Assembly: GCA_003283765.1 (NCBI GenBank)
Contig: QBVY01000003.1
Span: forward strand, 12,183-76,182
Origin: SAR86 cluster bacterium AG-313-N18
GTDB lineage: Bacteria; Pseudomonadota; Gammaproteobacteria; Magnimaribacterales; D2472
Direction of reading: 5' to 3'
Length of the DNA: 64,000 nt
The position numbers were made by a program, and so were the translations under genes. Within the stretch, counting starts at the first letter, position 1; each line of letters starts with the position of its first letter. The notes under the pieces were generated by a model, which saw nothing but the letters and a program-made list of their open reading frames with translations, was not told the DNA's origin and made no database searches. This document shows positions 47,002 to 56,718 of the stretch, in pieces.

Positions 47002-47911
47002 TATAAGTTCAGAGTTTTCAATTATTAAGAAGTATCTATCAGGCATAGGTACTTCTTATTTAAATACCAATGGCATTAATCTTGCTGGTGGTGATGACTG
47101 CGCTGTAATTGCAGTCAATTCAAAATTACTTATTAGCACTGACACTTCTGTGGCTGGCGTGCATTTTTTAAAATCTATGCCTGCAGAATCAATTGCTTAC
47201 CGATCTGTTGCAACTGCTCTAAGCGATATAGCAGCGATGGGCGGTAACCCAGTTGCCTTCAATCTTTCTTTGGTTATGCCGAAATTTAACCCTGACTGGA
47301 TGAAAGCATTCAGAAAAGGACTACAAAAAATTTCTAAGGAGTTTAAGCTCCCATTGATTGGCGGTGATCTTGTAAAAGGTCCTTTGCAGATCAGCGTAAC
47401 AGTATTGGGCAAACCTGAGAAAAAAATCTTACTAAGATCTAATGCTCAACCTGAGGATATATTATGTTTATCTGGTGCTCTGGGGTCTGGATATATTGGG
47501 TTAAAAGAATACAAGCGAAGTGGTGAGCTAAACAATAAAACCAAACCTTATTTATTCCCTTCTGCTCAAATAGATTATGGGCGAATAATTGCGAGCATTG
47601 CTTCTTCTGCCATAGATATCTCTGATGGAATCATTCAAGATCTTTCTCATCTCGTTTTGAGCTCTGGGGTTGGATGTCACCTTGATCTAGAACAAGTCCC
47701 TGTAGCTGATAAAAAATATTCTAAGCAATGTTTAGAGTTTGGAGATGACTATCAACTATTATTCACCGTACCCCCGAAAAAATTATTAGCGCTTCAAGCA
47801 AAACTCAATTCCTACAAAAAAAAATGTCATACTATTGGCGTTATGGGCGGCAAAAAATTAACACTTTCGAACAACAAGGGTTCAATAAAAAATTGGGATC
47901 ATTTTCAGTAG
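46982..47911 (+). CDS. thiL: Thiamine-monophosphate kinase (start uncertain)
   Basis: SEFSIIKKYL... and GGDDCAVI motifs plus an AIR-synthase-like fold pattern. The ORF is open from 46952. I chose the TTG at 46982, so either start overlaps the thiolase 3' end. Confidence 0.8.
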   Translation: MKDTQVNISSEFSIIKKYLSGIGTSYLNTNGINLAGGDDCAVIAVNSKLLISTDTSVAGVHFLKSMPAESIAYRSVATALSDIAAMGGNPVAFNLSLVMPKFNPDWMKAFRKGLQKISKEFKLPLIGGDLVKGPLQISVTVLGKPEKKILLRSNAQPEDILCLSGALGSGYIGLKEYKRSGELNNKTKPYLFPSAQIDYGRIIASIASSAIDISDGIIQDLSHLVLSSGVGCHLDLEQVPVADKKYSKQCLEFGDDYQLLFTVPPKKLLALQAKLNSYKKKCHTIGVMGGKKLTLSNNKGSIKNWDHFQ

Positions 47912-47912
47912 A

Positions 47913-48374
47913 ATGAATTTTCCAAACTTAAAAAAACCTTCCCATCTTTTTGCTACCTGGTTTGGTGTAGGTTTAATAAGACCAGCACCAGGCACTTGGG
48001 GGAGTTTAGCTGCCTTACTTATTTGGTATTTTGCAGAGTTTTTGCATTCATCAATTCAAATCGTTTTACCAATTTTTATTTTATTTTCTTGGCTAGCATG
48101 CTCTCAAGCATCTCAAGACAGCCAATCTAAAGATCACTCTTCAATTGTAATTGATGAAGTGGCAGGAATGCTTGTAGCTTTATCTTTAGTCGCTCATGAA
48201 ATTATTATTTACTTATGTGCTTTTTTGCTTTTTAGGTTGTTTGATATTTGGAAGCCTTGGCCGATCTCTTGGGCAGACAAAAATGTAGAAGGAGGCCTGG
48301 GCATTCTTCTTGATGATTTAATAGCAGGATTGTTTGCCGGTGGTATAATTTACGCAATTTTTATCTACATTTAA
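47913..48374 (+). CDS. pgpA: Phosphatidylglycerophosphatase A
   Basis: 153 aa. [21 protein letters not shown] and IVIDEVAGM motifs present. thiL-pgpA synteny is conserved. Confidence 0.85.
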   Translation: MNFPNLKKPSHLFATWFGVGLIRPAPGTWGSLAALLIWYFAEFLHSSIQIVLPIFILFSWLACSQASQDSQSKDHSSIVIDEVAGMLVALSLVAHEIIIYLCAFLLFRLFDIWKPWPISWADKNVEGGLGILLDDLIAGLFAGGIIYAIFIYI

Positions 48375-48379
48375 ATCAA

Positions 48380-48964
48380 TTGAATAGCTGTAAATTTATT
48401 TCTGAATCAGAATTGCCAACAAAGTTTGGTGATTTTACTATTTCAGCTTTTGAAGAACCAAATGGTAAAGATCATATAGCTTTAACTATTGGTGATATTC
48501 ACAATCAAGATGCTGTGATGTGCAGGGTTCATTCTGAATGTTTAACTGGAGATGCATTGCATAGCCTAAGGTGTGATTGTGGTCCTCAATTACAATCGGC
48601 CCTAAAAATGTTGGCTGAAAATAAATCTGGAATTCTCTTGTATTTAAGACAAGAGGGCAGAGGTATAGGCCTGGTCAATAAAATCCGAGCATATGCTTTG
48701 CAAGATCAAGGTCATGATACAGTTGAGGCTAATGAATTGTTGGGTTTTCCAGCAGACTTAAGAGAATATAATATTTGCCTGGATATAATGCAGCATTTTA
48801 ATATCACCTCAGTGAATCTCTTAACAAATAATCCAAAAAAAGTAGATGCCTTAGAAGAGGTTGGCATCAAGGTCGTGAAAAGGACTTCTCTTCATGAAGG
48901 CGCCAATGAAAAGAACCAAAATTATCTCGATACCAAAAGAGATAAGATGGGTCACTTAAGATAA
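48380..48964 (+). CDS. ribA: GTP cyclohydrolase II (catalytically intact)
   Basis: 194 aa with a TTG start. [23 protein letters not shown] Zn/catalytic motif is intact. Co-linear with E. coli RibA. Confidence 0.9.
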   Translation: MNSCKFISESELPTKFGDFTISAFEEPNGKDHIALTIGDIHNQDAVMCRVHSECLTGDALHSLRCDCGPQLQSALKMLAENKSGILLYLRQEGRGIGLVNKIRAYALQDQGHDTVEANELLGFPADLREYNICLDIMQHFNITSVNLLTNNPKKVDALEEVGIKVVKRTSLHEGANEKNQNYLDTKRDKMGHLR

Positions 48965-50824
48965 GCTATCTTTTATTTTCGCAAGAATTCCTTTTTTATC
49001 CAGACCAGTCATTTCTAGCATTTCAGCTCGACTGGCATGCTCAATAAATTCATCTGGGATACCGCACATGATGATTTGATGTTTCATTTTATTTCCTTGA
49101 GCCCATTCACTAACTGCTGAGCCTGCACCGCCAGATATGGCACCATCCTCAATAGTGATTATTACTTTTTTATCATGTGAATGTTCAGCAATTAATTCTT
49201 CATCTAGAGGCTTAACAAATCTCATATCTAATAAAGTAGCATTAAGCTCTTGAGCAACTTCCTCTGCCGTTTCTATAAGTGCTCCAAAATTCAGCACGAG
49301 CATGTCTGATTCTTGGATATTCATAACTCTTCCTTTGCCAATTTTTACTGGATTAAGCTGTAGCTCTATGGATGAGTTAATTCCCCCACCTCTTGGATAC
49401 CTTACGGCAGCGGGGCCATTATGCAAAAATGCAGTTGTCAGCAATTTTCTTGCTTCATTTTCATCTGCTGGGACTGCAACAATCATGTTCGGAATGCACC
49501 TAAGATATACAAGATCATAATTACCAGAGTGAGTAGGGCCATCCTCACCAACCAACCCAGCTCGGTCAATTGCAAATAGAACATTAAGATTTTGTAATGC
49601 TACATCGTGGATTAATTGATCATAAGCACGTTGAAGAAAGGTCGAGTAGATTGCCACAACAGGCTTTTTTTCCTCACATGCCATTCCCGCAGCAAGTGTT
49701 ACTGCATGCTGTTCAGCAATAGCAACATCAAAGAATCTTTCAGGAAATTCTCTGCTGAAATTGACAAGACCAGAGCCTTCACGCATGGCAGGAGTAATTG
49801 CCATTAATTCTTTATCTTCATTGGCCATATCCACAATCCATTGCCCAAAAACATCTTGATATTTAGGCCCATTTGTTTTTTTAGATGCATCCAATGGTTT
49901 TATTTTTCCAATGGCATGAAAGCCTATTCTGTCTGCTTCTGCAGGATCCAAACCAGCACCTTTTTTTGTAATTACATGCAAAAATTGTGGACCTTCAAAG
50001 TCCTTTAAATTACCTATCACTGTAATCAATTCATTGATGTCATGACCATCTATTGGACCGATATAATTTAGACCTAACTCTTCAAAGATGCTTCCGGGAG
50101 CAACCATAGCTTTCATTTGAGTTTCAACCTTTCTTGCTATGTGATGAGCTTGAGGAAGATTTTCTAAAAAACTTTTTCCACTTTTTCTTATTCCCTTATA
50201 GACTTTTGATGCCCAAATTCTTGAAAAATAATTGTTTAGCCCCCCAACATTTTCTGAGATAGACATATCATTATCATTTAGAATAATTAACATATTGGGT
50301 TTAATATGACCCGCATGAGCTAGGCCTTCGAACGCCATTCCGGCCGTCATAGCCCCATCACCAATAACAGCTACAACCTTTTTATTTGTATTAATGTTAG
50401 CAATTGCCATACCAAGTGCAGCACTTATTGATGTGCTGGAGTGACCGACCCCAAAAGCATCATATGGACTTTCTTCTCGATTTGGAAATGGAGCCAAACC
50501 ATCTTTATGACGAATTGAAGTAAGAGTATCTTTTCTTCCAGTGAGAATTTTATGCGGATAGGCTTGATGACCAACATCCCAAATTATTTTGTCATCGGGA
50601 GTATCGTATAGATACTGCAATACAACTGTAAGTTCTACTACCCCAAGACCTCCGCCAAGATGGCCGCCGCTCTGACCAACACTGTATAGCATATGTGCTC
50701 GAACATCATCAGCTAATGCCTTGAGCTCTATGGGGGTTAAGTTTTTAATGTCTTCAGGTAAGTTTACCTTGTCTAAAACTGGTGTTTTGGGAGAACTTGT
50801 TGGAATTTCAGAGAATATTTTCAT
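48956..50824 (-). CDS. dxs: 1-deoxy-D-xylulose-5-phosphate synthase
   Basis: [30 protein letters not shown] and [12 protein letters not shown] (TPP) motifs present. The ATG at 50824 lies 1 nt after the ispA stop and is preferred over the upstream TTG at 50842. Confidence 0.95.
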   Translation of the reverse strand: MKIFSEIPTSSPKTPVLDKVNLPEDIKNLTPIELKALADDVRAHMLYSVGQSGGHLGGGLGVVELTVVLQYLYDTPDDKIIWDVGHQAYPHKILTGRKDTLTSIRHKDGLAPFPNREESPYDAFGVGHSSTSISAALGMAIANINTNKKVVAVIGDGAMTAGMAFEGLAHAGHIKPNMLIILNDNDMSISENVGGLNNYFSRIWASKVYKGIRKSGKSFLENLPQAHHIARKVETQMKAMVAPGSIFEELGLNYIGPIDGHDINELITVIGNLKDFEGPQFLHVITKKGAGLDPAEADRIGFHAIGKIKPLDASKKTNGPKYQDVFGQWIVDMANEDKELMAITPAMREGSGLVNFSREFPERFFDVAIAEQHAVTLAAGMACEEKKPVVAIYSTFLQRAYDQLIHDVALQNLNVLFAIDRAGLVGEDGPTHSGNYDLVYLRCIPNMIVAVPADENEARKLLTTAFLHNGPAAVRYPRGGGINSSIELQLNPVKIGKGRVMNIQESDMLVLNFGALIETAEEVAQELNATLLDMRFVKPLDEELIAEHSHDKKVIITIEDGAISGGAGSAVSEWAQGNKMKHQIIMCGIPDEFIEHASRAEMLEMTGLDKKGILAKIKDSLS

Positions 50825-50825
50825 C

Positions 50826-51695
50826 TTAACTCTTTCTTTCAACCATAAATTTAGCTAGTTCAAGTAATTCAGCCACCTCATTATTAGCAAATGAACTTTC
50901 TAATCTAGAAATACACGCACTTGATAAAGCATGAGCTTGCTCAATTGATACTTGTTTACCAAAGACACTTACATAGGTTAGTTTTTCATTTATCAAATCT
51001 GATTGATTACTTTTCCCCAGCGTGGTTGAATCTGAAGATACCTCCAAAACATCATCGATAATCTGAAAAGCAAGACCAAGATCTCTTCCAACTTCATCTA
51101 AGACTATTAGTTGATTTTTTTTTGTCTCATTTCCTAAATGAGGCATTGTCATTGCAACTCTGATTAACTTTCCTGTTTTTAGTTCATGAATTTTTTTAAT
51201 ATCATTGTATTCATTTTTTTCAGCATCTAAATCATACTGCTGACCTAAAATCATGCCTTTATGTCCGCATGCATCTGCCAGGGCCTTGATTGACGCAATT
51301 TTTTGCGAATCAGTTATTTCAGGCGAAGAAACAATATTCTCATAAGCTAAAGCTTGCAGCGCATCCCCAGTTAAAATAGCTGTAGCTTCATTAAATTTTA
51401 TATGATTTGAAGCTTGCCCTCTTCTCATCTCATCGTTATCCATTGAAGGCAAGTCATCGTGTATTAAAGAGTAGGTGTGCATGAGTTCAATGCTAGCAGC
51501 CATATCAATTAATGCTGAATTAGAAATTTCACTATTTAAATTTCCAGAGGCAAAGACTAAACCAGCTCGAATGCATTTACTGTCTGCTAAAGCTGAATAT
51601 CTCATGGAAGAAACTATTTTATTGTTATCTGAAAGCAGGGCATCTATTCGATTGAATACTTTTTCTTTGCATTCAGATAGAAAGCTTAAAGACAT
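50826..51695 (-). CDS. ispA: Farnesyl diphosphate synthase
   Basis: 289 aa. First and second Asp-rich motifs LIHDDLPSMDNDEMRRG and FQIIDDVLE. Confidence 0.9.
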   Translation of the reverse strand: MSLSFLSECKEKVFNRIDALLSDNNKIVSSMRYSALADSKCIRAGLVFASGNLNSEISNSALIDMAASIELMHTYSLIHDDLPSMDNDEMRRGQASNHIKFNEATAILTGDALQALAYENIVSSPEITDSQKIASIKALADACGHKGMILGQQYDLDAEKNEYNDIKKIHELKTGKLIRVAMTMPHLGNETKKNQLIVLDEVGRDLGLAFQIIDDVLEVSSDSTTLGKSNQSDLINEKLTYVSVFGKQVSIEQAHALSSACISRLESSFANNEVAELLELAKFMVERKS

Positions 51696-51705
51696 AGATC
51701 CAATC

Positions 51706-51924
51706 TTAGCTATCCAGATCTACTGAATCGCCGCTATCTAAAAGTTTTTTTACTTTTAACTCAGCTGCAGAAAGCTGTTTCTGACATTCTTTTACCAAAC
51801 CAATCCCTTCTTCAAAAGATTTAACGCTATCCTCTAAGCTAATGTCTCCATCTTCAAGTTTGGCAACAATTTGCTCAAGTTTTTTAAGAGATGATTCAAA
51901 ATTTACTGTATCTTTTTTTGTCAT
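51706..51924 (-). CDS. xseB: Exodeoxyribonuclease VII small subunit
   Basis: 72 aa. FESSLKKLEQIVAKLEDGDISLEDSVKSFEEG is typical XseB. xseB-ispA-dxs order is conserved. Confidence 0.85.
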   Translation of the reverse strand: MTKKDTVNFESSLKKLEQIVAKLEDGDISLEDSVKSFEEGIGLVKECQKQLSAAELKVKKLLDSGDSVDLDS

Positions 51925-51958
51925 GCTTTATTGTAACCGATGCTATTTTTTTGAGCAC

Positions 51959-54900
51959 TTAACTTGCTGTTTCAAACAGACCGAATCTATTTTGAAGCCA
52001 TGCTTTAACTCTTGATGGAAGTATTAGTGCTGCCGGAGTAAAAATTAAGGTTAATACTGTGCTAAATGATAGACCAAATACGATTGATGAGGCTAATAAT
52101 GTCCACCACTCAACAACCCGGCTGCCTATTAATATTTCTCTAGACAACACATCAATGCTAACACCTACAGCTAATGGAAGAAGGCCGAAGATGGTTGTTG
52201 TGGTTGTTAATAAAATCGGTCTAAGTCGCTGCTTGCAGGCCTTCATAATCACATCTTCTTTTGAAAGATTTGGAAATTCTCCAATCAGTCGATTAAAAGT
52301 ATCAATAAGGACTATGTTGTTATTTACAACTATTCCCGACAAGGCAACAATTGCAATTCCATTCATCGTGGTGCTAAATGGCTTACCCATGATCATCAAG
52401 CCAATTAAAACGCCTACCACTGACATAAACACCGCACTTAATACGAGTATTGATTGATAAAAGCTATTAAATTGAGTCACTAGCAATATTAACATTAGAG
52501 CTAGAGCAGTCATGGCTGCGCCGCTTAAAAATGCAGTGACTTCCTCGGTTTCTTCTTGTTGGCCCCTAAATTGAGTTGAAATATCAGAGCCAAAGTCTTG
52601 AGTTTCTAGCCAAGCTCCAATTTCAGTTACTTTGTCAGATACAAGATATCCAGTATCAGTAGCAATTCCTATCTCATGGAAAAATTTACCATTCCTTCTT
52701 ACAACAGATTGACGATTTTGCGCAGGCACAAGCTTTATAAAGGTACTGATTGGAATAAGGCCATTAATTGAATTTACCTTAAGATCTTTAATGCCACTCA
52801 ATGATCTAAGTTCAGTATCAAATCTTGCTCTGATTTCAATTTCATCTTTTGAATCATCTGGCCTGTACTCTCCAACCTTGAAACCATTTGTGAGCATTTG
52901 AACTAATGCACCTATATCCATCATGCTCACACCAAGTTGAGCAGCTTTTTGTTTGTCTACTTCAACCTTCCACTCAATTAATGGGTGAGGCAGTGTTGTA
53001 TTTATATTTGTAAGGCCGATGACGTCCTCTTGCAAATATTTTTCAATTCTTTGGGTTGCTTGCGCAACCTGATCTTCATTGTTTCCAAAAATACCAAGTT
53101 CTATAGGTGAGCTAAAGCCAGGGCCTCCTTCTTCTGGAGTAATTTCAACAATTATTCCTGGTAGGTTAGAAACTGCTGCCTCAACATTTTTAATAATCTC
53201 ATTTCCCGTTAACTCCCCATCATTTGTCATTCCTACTTCAAGAAAGCCCCTAGACATGGTATCTCCTCCTGAGTTAAACCACTGTGAGCCAGTTGTAAGA
53301 TATAGGTTTTCAACGCCACGCACTTCAGATATGGAAGACTCAACTTTTTCCATAATCTCTTTTGATTCAAGTGCTGAGAAGTTTCCTCGCGCTCGAATAT
53401 TTATTTCCGCTGCAAAAGGATCCACATCAGCAAAATAAATGGTACCTTTCCCAAAGTTTCCATACATCGCATATCCAAAGAACCAAAGAAGCATCAACAC
53501 AGCAATTAGGGTTTCTCCAGGATTCTTAACAAATGTTCTTAGCCATTTTCCATAAAAAGCAGAGATCTTATCGAATACAATTTCCCCAGTTTGTTCATTT
53601 TCACCAGATACTAAAGTAGATCTTCTTTGCCCAAATATTGAACCTATGACAGGAGTTACGATCATTGCGTAAACAAGAGATGCAGTCAAAACAATAAAAA
53701 CCGTTACAGGAAGATAGCGCATAAATTGACCAGTGAAGCCTGGCCAGAAGATTAAAGGTATAAAAGCTGCAATGGTGGTGGCTGTAGAAGAAAGAATAGG
53801 ATAAAACATTCTTTTAGAGGCCAATCGATATGCCTCTAATCTATTTAAACCCTCAGAAATTTTTCTATCGGCATACTCGGTTACTACTATTGAACCATCA
53901 ATCAACATTCCCAACCCAAGAAGAAGACCCATCATGACTAGAAAATTAAACTCAATTCCTACAACCTTTAAAATAATAAAAGTTAATAGAAAACAAAAAG
54001 GGATCGAGAGACCAACCAACATTCCAACTCTCACTCCCATGCTTGCAATAACCAACACCATAACTAAGAATATGGCCGTAATAATATTTCCTTCCAGCTC
54101 CGAAATCATCATTTCTGCCCAGACAGTTTCATCATTCGTTTTTACTATCGAAAGATTTGGTGGCAAGGTTTCCTGAAAGTTAGATACTACTTTTAAAATT
54201 TCGGTTTTAGCATCAATTGCATTTGCGCCTACTCTTATTCTAATTTCAAGCGTTATTGCATCTTCGCCATTAACTTTTGCAAAAGAAGAGTAATCTTTAA
54301 ACGTTCTTTTTATTTCTCCAATATCGCTTAAGGTTACAACTGCATCGGGAGTAACTTTAATTGGAATGTTGTAAACATCTTCTGCAGTTTCGAAAATTCC
54401 TGGCACTTCGATATTAAACTTGCCTGAGCCTGTGTCTTGAGCTCCACCTGGAATAATCAAATTATTGCTTGAAATAGAGTTATAGAGTTGGTTTAAGGTA
54501 ATTCCATATGTTTCCATTTTGGATTTATCTATGATTCCAACAAGAACCTCTTGCGGAACTCCCTCAAGATCTGCGGCAAGCACTTCGCTGATAGATTCCA
54601 ATTTATCTTGAAGTTCTCTTGCTATAAAAACTTTTTGTCTTAATGACGCTGACCCAATAAGACTTAAATTCATCACAGGAAACATAGCAAAGGAATATTC
54701 TCTGATTTGAGGATCTTCTGCCTCTCTTGGAAGCTCAAATTTAACTTCCTCCACTGCTTGTTTGATATCTCTTAGAGCCGTATCTATGCTGTAACCAACC
54801 TCGAACTCTGCAACTATTCGCGCGTAACTTAATCTAGCCGATGAGGAAAGCTCTTTTACACCAGGAACACTTCTTAATCTGGTCTCTAAAGGTCTCGCAA

Positions 54901-55090
54901 TGAGTCTTGAAGCATCCTCTGGAGAGGCTCCATCTAAAAATACTGACACGCTAACAAGAGGCAATTGAATATTTGGATCAGCAGCCACACCAAGAGAAGA
55001 TCGTGCGATCGATCCAGCAACAATTACAAGCAGAGCTAGGGCAAGGGTAGTTCTTGCTTTTGATAAAGCAAAATCTACAATTTTAGTCAT
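51959..55090 (-). CDS. RND-family efflux transporter, inner-membrane permease (AcrB/AcrD/AcrF-like)
   Basis: 1043 aa with two large periplasmic loops and a 12-TM pattern. Typical RND length. Overlaps the adaptor gene by 4 nt. Confidence 0.9.
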   Translation of the reverse strand: MTKIVDFALSKARTTLALALLVIVAGSIARSSLGVAADPNIQLPLVSVSVFLDGASPEDASRLIARPLETRLRSVPGVKELSSSARLSYARIVAEFEVGYSIDTALRDIKQAVEEVKFELPREAEDPQIREYSFAMFPVMNLSLIGSASLRQKVFIARELQDKLESISEVLAADLEGVPQEVLVGIIDKSKMETYGITLNQLYNSISSNNLIIPGGAQDTGSGKFNIEVPGIFETAEDVYNIPIKVTPDAVVTLSDIGEIKRTFKDYSSFAKVNGEDAITLEIRIRVGANAIDAKTEILKVVSNFQETLPPNLSIVKTNDETVWAEMMISELEGNIITAIFLVMVLVIASMGVRVGMLVGLSIPFCFLLTFIILKVVGIEFNFLVMMGLLLGLGMLIDGSIVVTEYADRKISEGLNRLEAYRLASKRMFYPILSSTATTIAAFIPLIFWPGFTGQFMRYLPVTVFIVLTASLVYAMIVTPVIGSIFGQRRSTLVSGENEQTGEIVFDKISAFYGKWLRTFVKNPGETLIAVLMLLWFFGYAMYGNFGKGTIYFADVDPFAAEINIRARGNFSALESKEIMEKVESSISEVRGVENLYLTTGSQWFNSGGDTMSRGFLEVGMTNDGELTGNEIIKNVEAAVSNLPGIIVEITPEEGGPGFSSPIELGIFGNNEDQVAQATQRIEKYLQEDVIGLTNINTTLPHPLIEWKVEVDKQKAAQLGVSMMDIGALVQMLTNGFKVGEYRPDDSKDEIEIRARFDTELRSLSGIKDLKVNSINGLIPISTFIKLVPAQNRQSVVRRNGKFFHEIGIATDTGYLVSDKVTEIGAWLETQDFGSDISTQFRGQQEETEEVTAFLSGAAMTALALMLILLVTQFNSFYQSILVLSAVFMSVVGVLIGLMIMGKPFSTTMNGIAIVALSGIVVNNNIVLIDTFNRLIGEFPNLSKEDVIMKACKQRLRPILLTTTTTIFGLLPLAVGVSIDVLSREILIGSRVVEWWTLLASSIVFGLSFSTVLTLIFTPAALILPSRVKAWLQNRFGLFETAS

Positions 55091-55968
55091 GCATCAGACG
55101 GGAAAGTTGTTTGTACCTTCTCGCCATTTTTTACAAATCCCTGACCAAGCACAATAAGCTTTGAAAGATTTGGAATTCCTGTAACCCATATTCCATCATT
55201 AGTATCTTCAATAATTTTAATTGGTAAAAATTTAACCTCATCATTTTCATTGACAGCTCTTACACCAAGGTCACCTTCATCTGATAGTAGTAAAATAGAT
55301 GGCGATATTTTATTCGCAAGCACCTTATTGGTTTGGATTGTCATTGTGCCGGTAATTCCATCTCTTATCTTGCCACTAGCATTTGAAACTTTTGCTTCGA
55401 CTCTAAAGGTACGAGTAGAAGCCGATGCACTTTTTGATACAAAACTTAATTTACTCTTGATCACTTCACCTGTAACAAGTTCAATTGAAACTTTTTGCTC
55501 ATTGATTACCCTTTTAATTTCTGTTTCAGGAACTTCAGCAACAAAGGTGATAGGATCCAATTCAATTATCACAGCGCATGCTTGACCTTTGCTTAGGTAA
55601 TTACCTGGCTTAACAATTCTTTCAATATAGCCTTTGAATGGTGCTTTTACTTCTGTTCTGTTGAGTTCAACTACGCCTAGTCTGCAGAGTACTTGGTCTT
55701 TTTCTACCCAGTCGCCTTGAAAGACATTATTTGGCATAACTTCTCCTGAGGTTTTAGCTAAAATATTTACTCTTTTCTCAGAAGTGGCTGAAGAATTTAA
55801 TTTAATTGAAGGCGAAAAGAATGCAGATTGACTTTCAGCAATAACAACTGAAGATAATTTATTATTTGCCTTTTCTGCTAATTTTACGTCTTCTACAAAT
55901 TGACCAGAAATCATCCAGGCTATTACTGGAATTAAAATATATAGAGAAATCCTGACGTTTTTTGACAT
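55087..55968 (-). CDS. RND efflux periplasmic adaptor (membrane fusion protein)
   Basis: 293 aa with an N-terminal anchor. Lipoyl/beta-barrel pattern (VKAPFKGYIERIVKPGNYLSKGQACAVI). Located upstream of the RND permease. No outer-membrane factor gene is adjacent. Confidence 0.8.
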   Translation of the reverse strand: MSKNVRISLYILIPVIAWMISGQFVEDVKLAEKANNKLSSVVIAESQSAFFSPSIKLNSSATSEKRVNILAKTSGEVMPNNVFQGDWVEKDQVLCRLGVVELNRTEVKAPFKGYIERIVKPGNYLSKGQACAVIIELDPITFVAEVPETEIKRVINEQKVSIELVTGEVIKSKLSFVSKSASASTRTFRVEAKVSNASGKIRDGITGTMTIQTNKVLANKISPSILLLSDEGDLGVRAVNENDEVKFLPIKIIEDTNDGIWVTGIPNLSKLIVLGQGFVKNGEKVQTTFPSDA

Positions 55969-56038
55969 TTCTTATTTTTTATAATTTTTACGCTATTTTT
56001 ATTTCGACAAGCGGGAGTGGATTATAGTTCATCTTTTT

Positions 56039-56056
56039 TGTAAAGTACACTTTACA
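56039..56056. promoter_or_regulatory. Perfect 18-bp palindrome TGTAAAGT-AC-ACTTTACA (candidate operator upstream of the RND operon)
   Basis: 8-bp arms with a 2-bp spacer, matching TGTAAA-N6-TTTACA. It lies 71-88 nt upstream of the adaptor ATG and 3 nt after the lambda-P-like gene stop. No U-run follows on the transcribed strand, so it is not a terminator. Confidence 0.3.
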
Positions 56057-56058
56057 TT

Positions 56059-56718
56059 CTAGATGTTGTGTTTTTTTCTAAGTTTTTCTAATAAATCTAT
56101 ATCTAAAGGCTCCAAAGCATCTAATTGTTCCTTGGGTGCAACTTTAAATTCTTTTCCAGCTTTCATTTCTCTGACCAAGCGCATATAGGTTTTTGAAAAA
56201 GCTTGAAAAGCATTATTATTATTTTGAGAATTAATTAAATCCCAGCCAATCTCTCTTCCTGCCCAATAAACAATGGGATGAGTCCAAGCAAAGTTTTGCC
56301 TTGGTGATGAAGATTTCTGAGCTTCAATAAATGCCTCTTGCGGAGTTGGAATATTTATTGCACCCATTGATCCTGAGCATGCTTTGAGGACTTCCGTAAG
56401 AGTTGGGAGATAGTCATTTGATTGAATCACCGTTTCTACAGCAGCATTAATGCATTCAGCTGGATATTTTTTTAAGCTTTCTGCCCAAAGCTTTTTTGCC
56501 TCAGTGAGTCTGATATCAGTGCCAAAAACTTTATAAAATTGATAATGATAAGAAAGCTCCAGCTTTAAAAAAAGATTATCAATTGCCTCAATAAAGCTTT
56601 TTCTATCAGAATTCGAGATTTTCTGCCCAGGAATCATCTTTTGTTCTGTCTTTGAACTTTTGAGAAAATTCTCCTGGTTCATTATGTCTGTTATTTTTTT
56701 TGTCATTTTTTTCTTCAT
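56059..56718 (-). CDS. Phage lambda replication protein P-like protein (putative helicase-loader homolog); start uncertain
   Basis: 219 aa. By-eye co-linearity with lambda P: LPTLTEVLKAC vs LPSPGQFVAWC, FAWTHPIVYWAGREIG vs YPWKSNAHYWLVTNLY, and a C-terminal KAGKEFKVAPKEQL vs RGEAIPEPVKQL. Alternative Met codons at 56706, 56682 and 56637. Confidence 0.55.
   Translation of the reverse strand: MKKKMTKKITDIMNQENFLKSSKTEQKMIPGQKISNSDRKSFIEAIDNLFLKLELSYHYQFYKVFGTDIRLTEAKKLWAESLKKYPAECINAAVETVIQSNDYLPTLTEVLKACSGSMGAINIPTPQEAFIEAQKSSSPRQNFAWTHPIVYWAGREIGWDLINSQNNNNAFQAFSKTYMRLVREMKAGKEFKVAPKEQLDALEPLDIDLLEKLRKKHNI

Noticed and set aside
52059-53438. Plus-strand ORFs of 132 aa and 119 aa nested inside the RND permease gene. 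Similar antisense or alternate-frame ORFs occur inside other genes, for example 9395-9775, 12981-13256, 41669-41941, 55250-55585 and 59988-60362.
   Set aside because: Each lies entirely within a long, well-supported gene. They have low-complexity Ser/Pro/Ile-rich translations with no recognisable motifs. They are expected by-products of codon bias on the opposite strand or alternative frame.
56061-56072. The 12-mer AGATGTTGTGTT occurs both at the 3' end of the lambda-P-like gene and in the aroG/scpA intergenic region (58590-58601). It could look like att-type direct repeats bracketing the aroG-DnaT-like-P-like block.
   Set aside because: Exact 12-mer repeats are expected by chance in 64 kb of biased composition. 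One copy is coding. The bracketed segment includes the core gene aroG and contains no recombinase.
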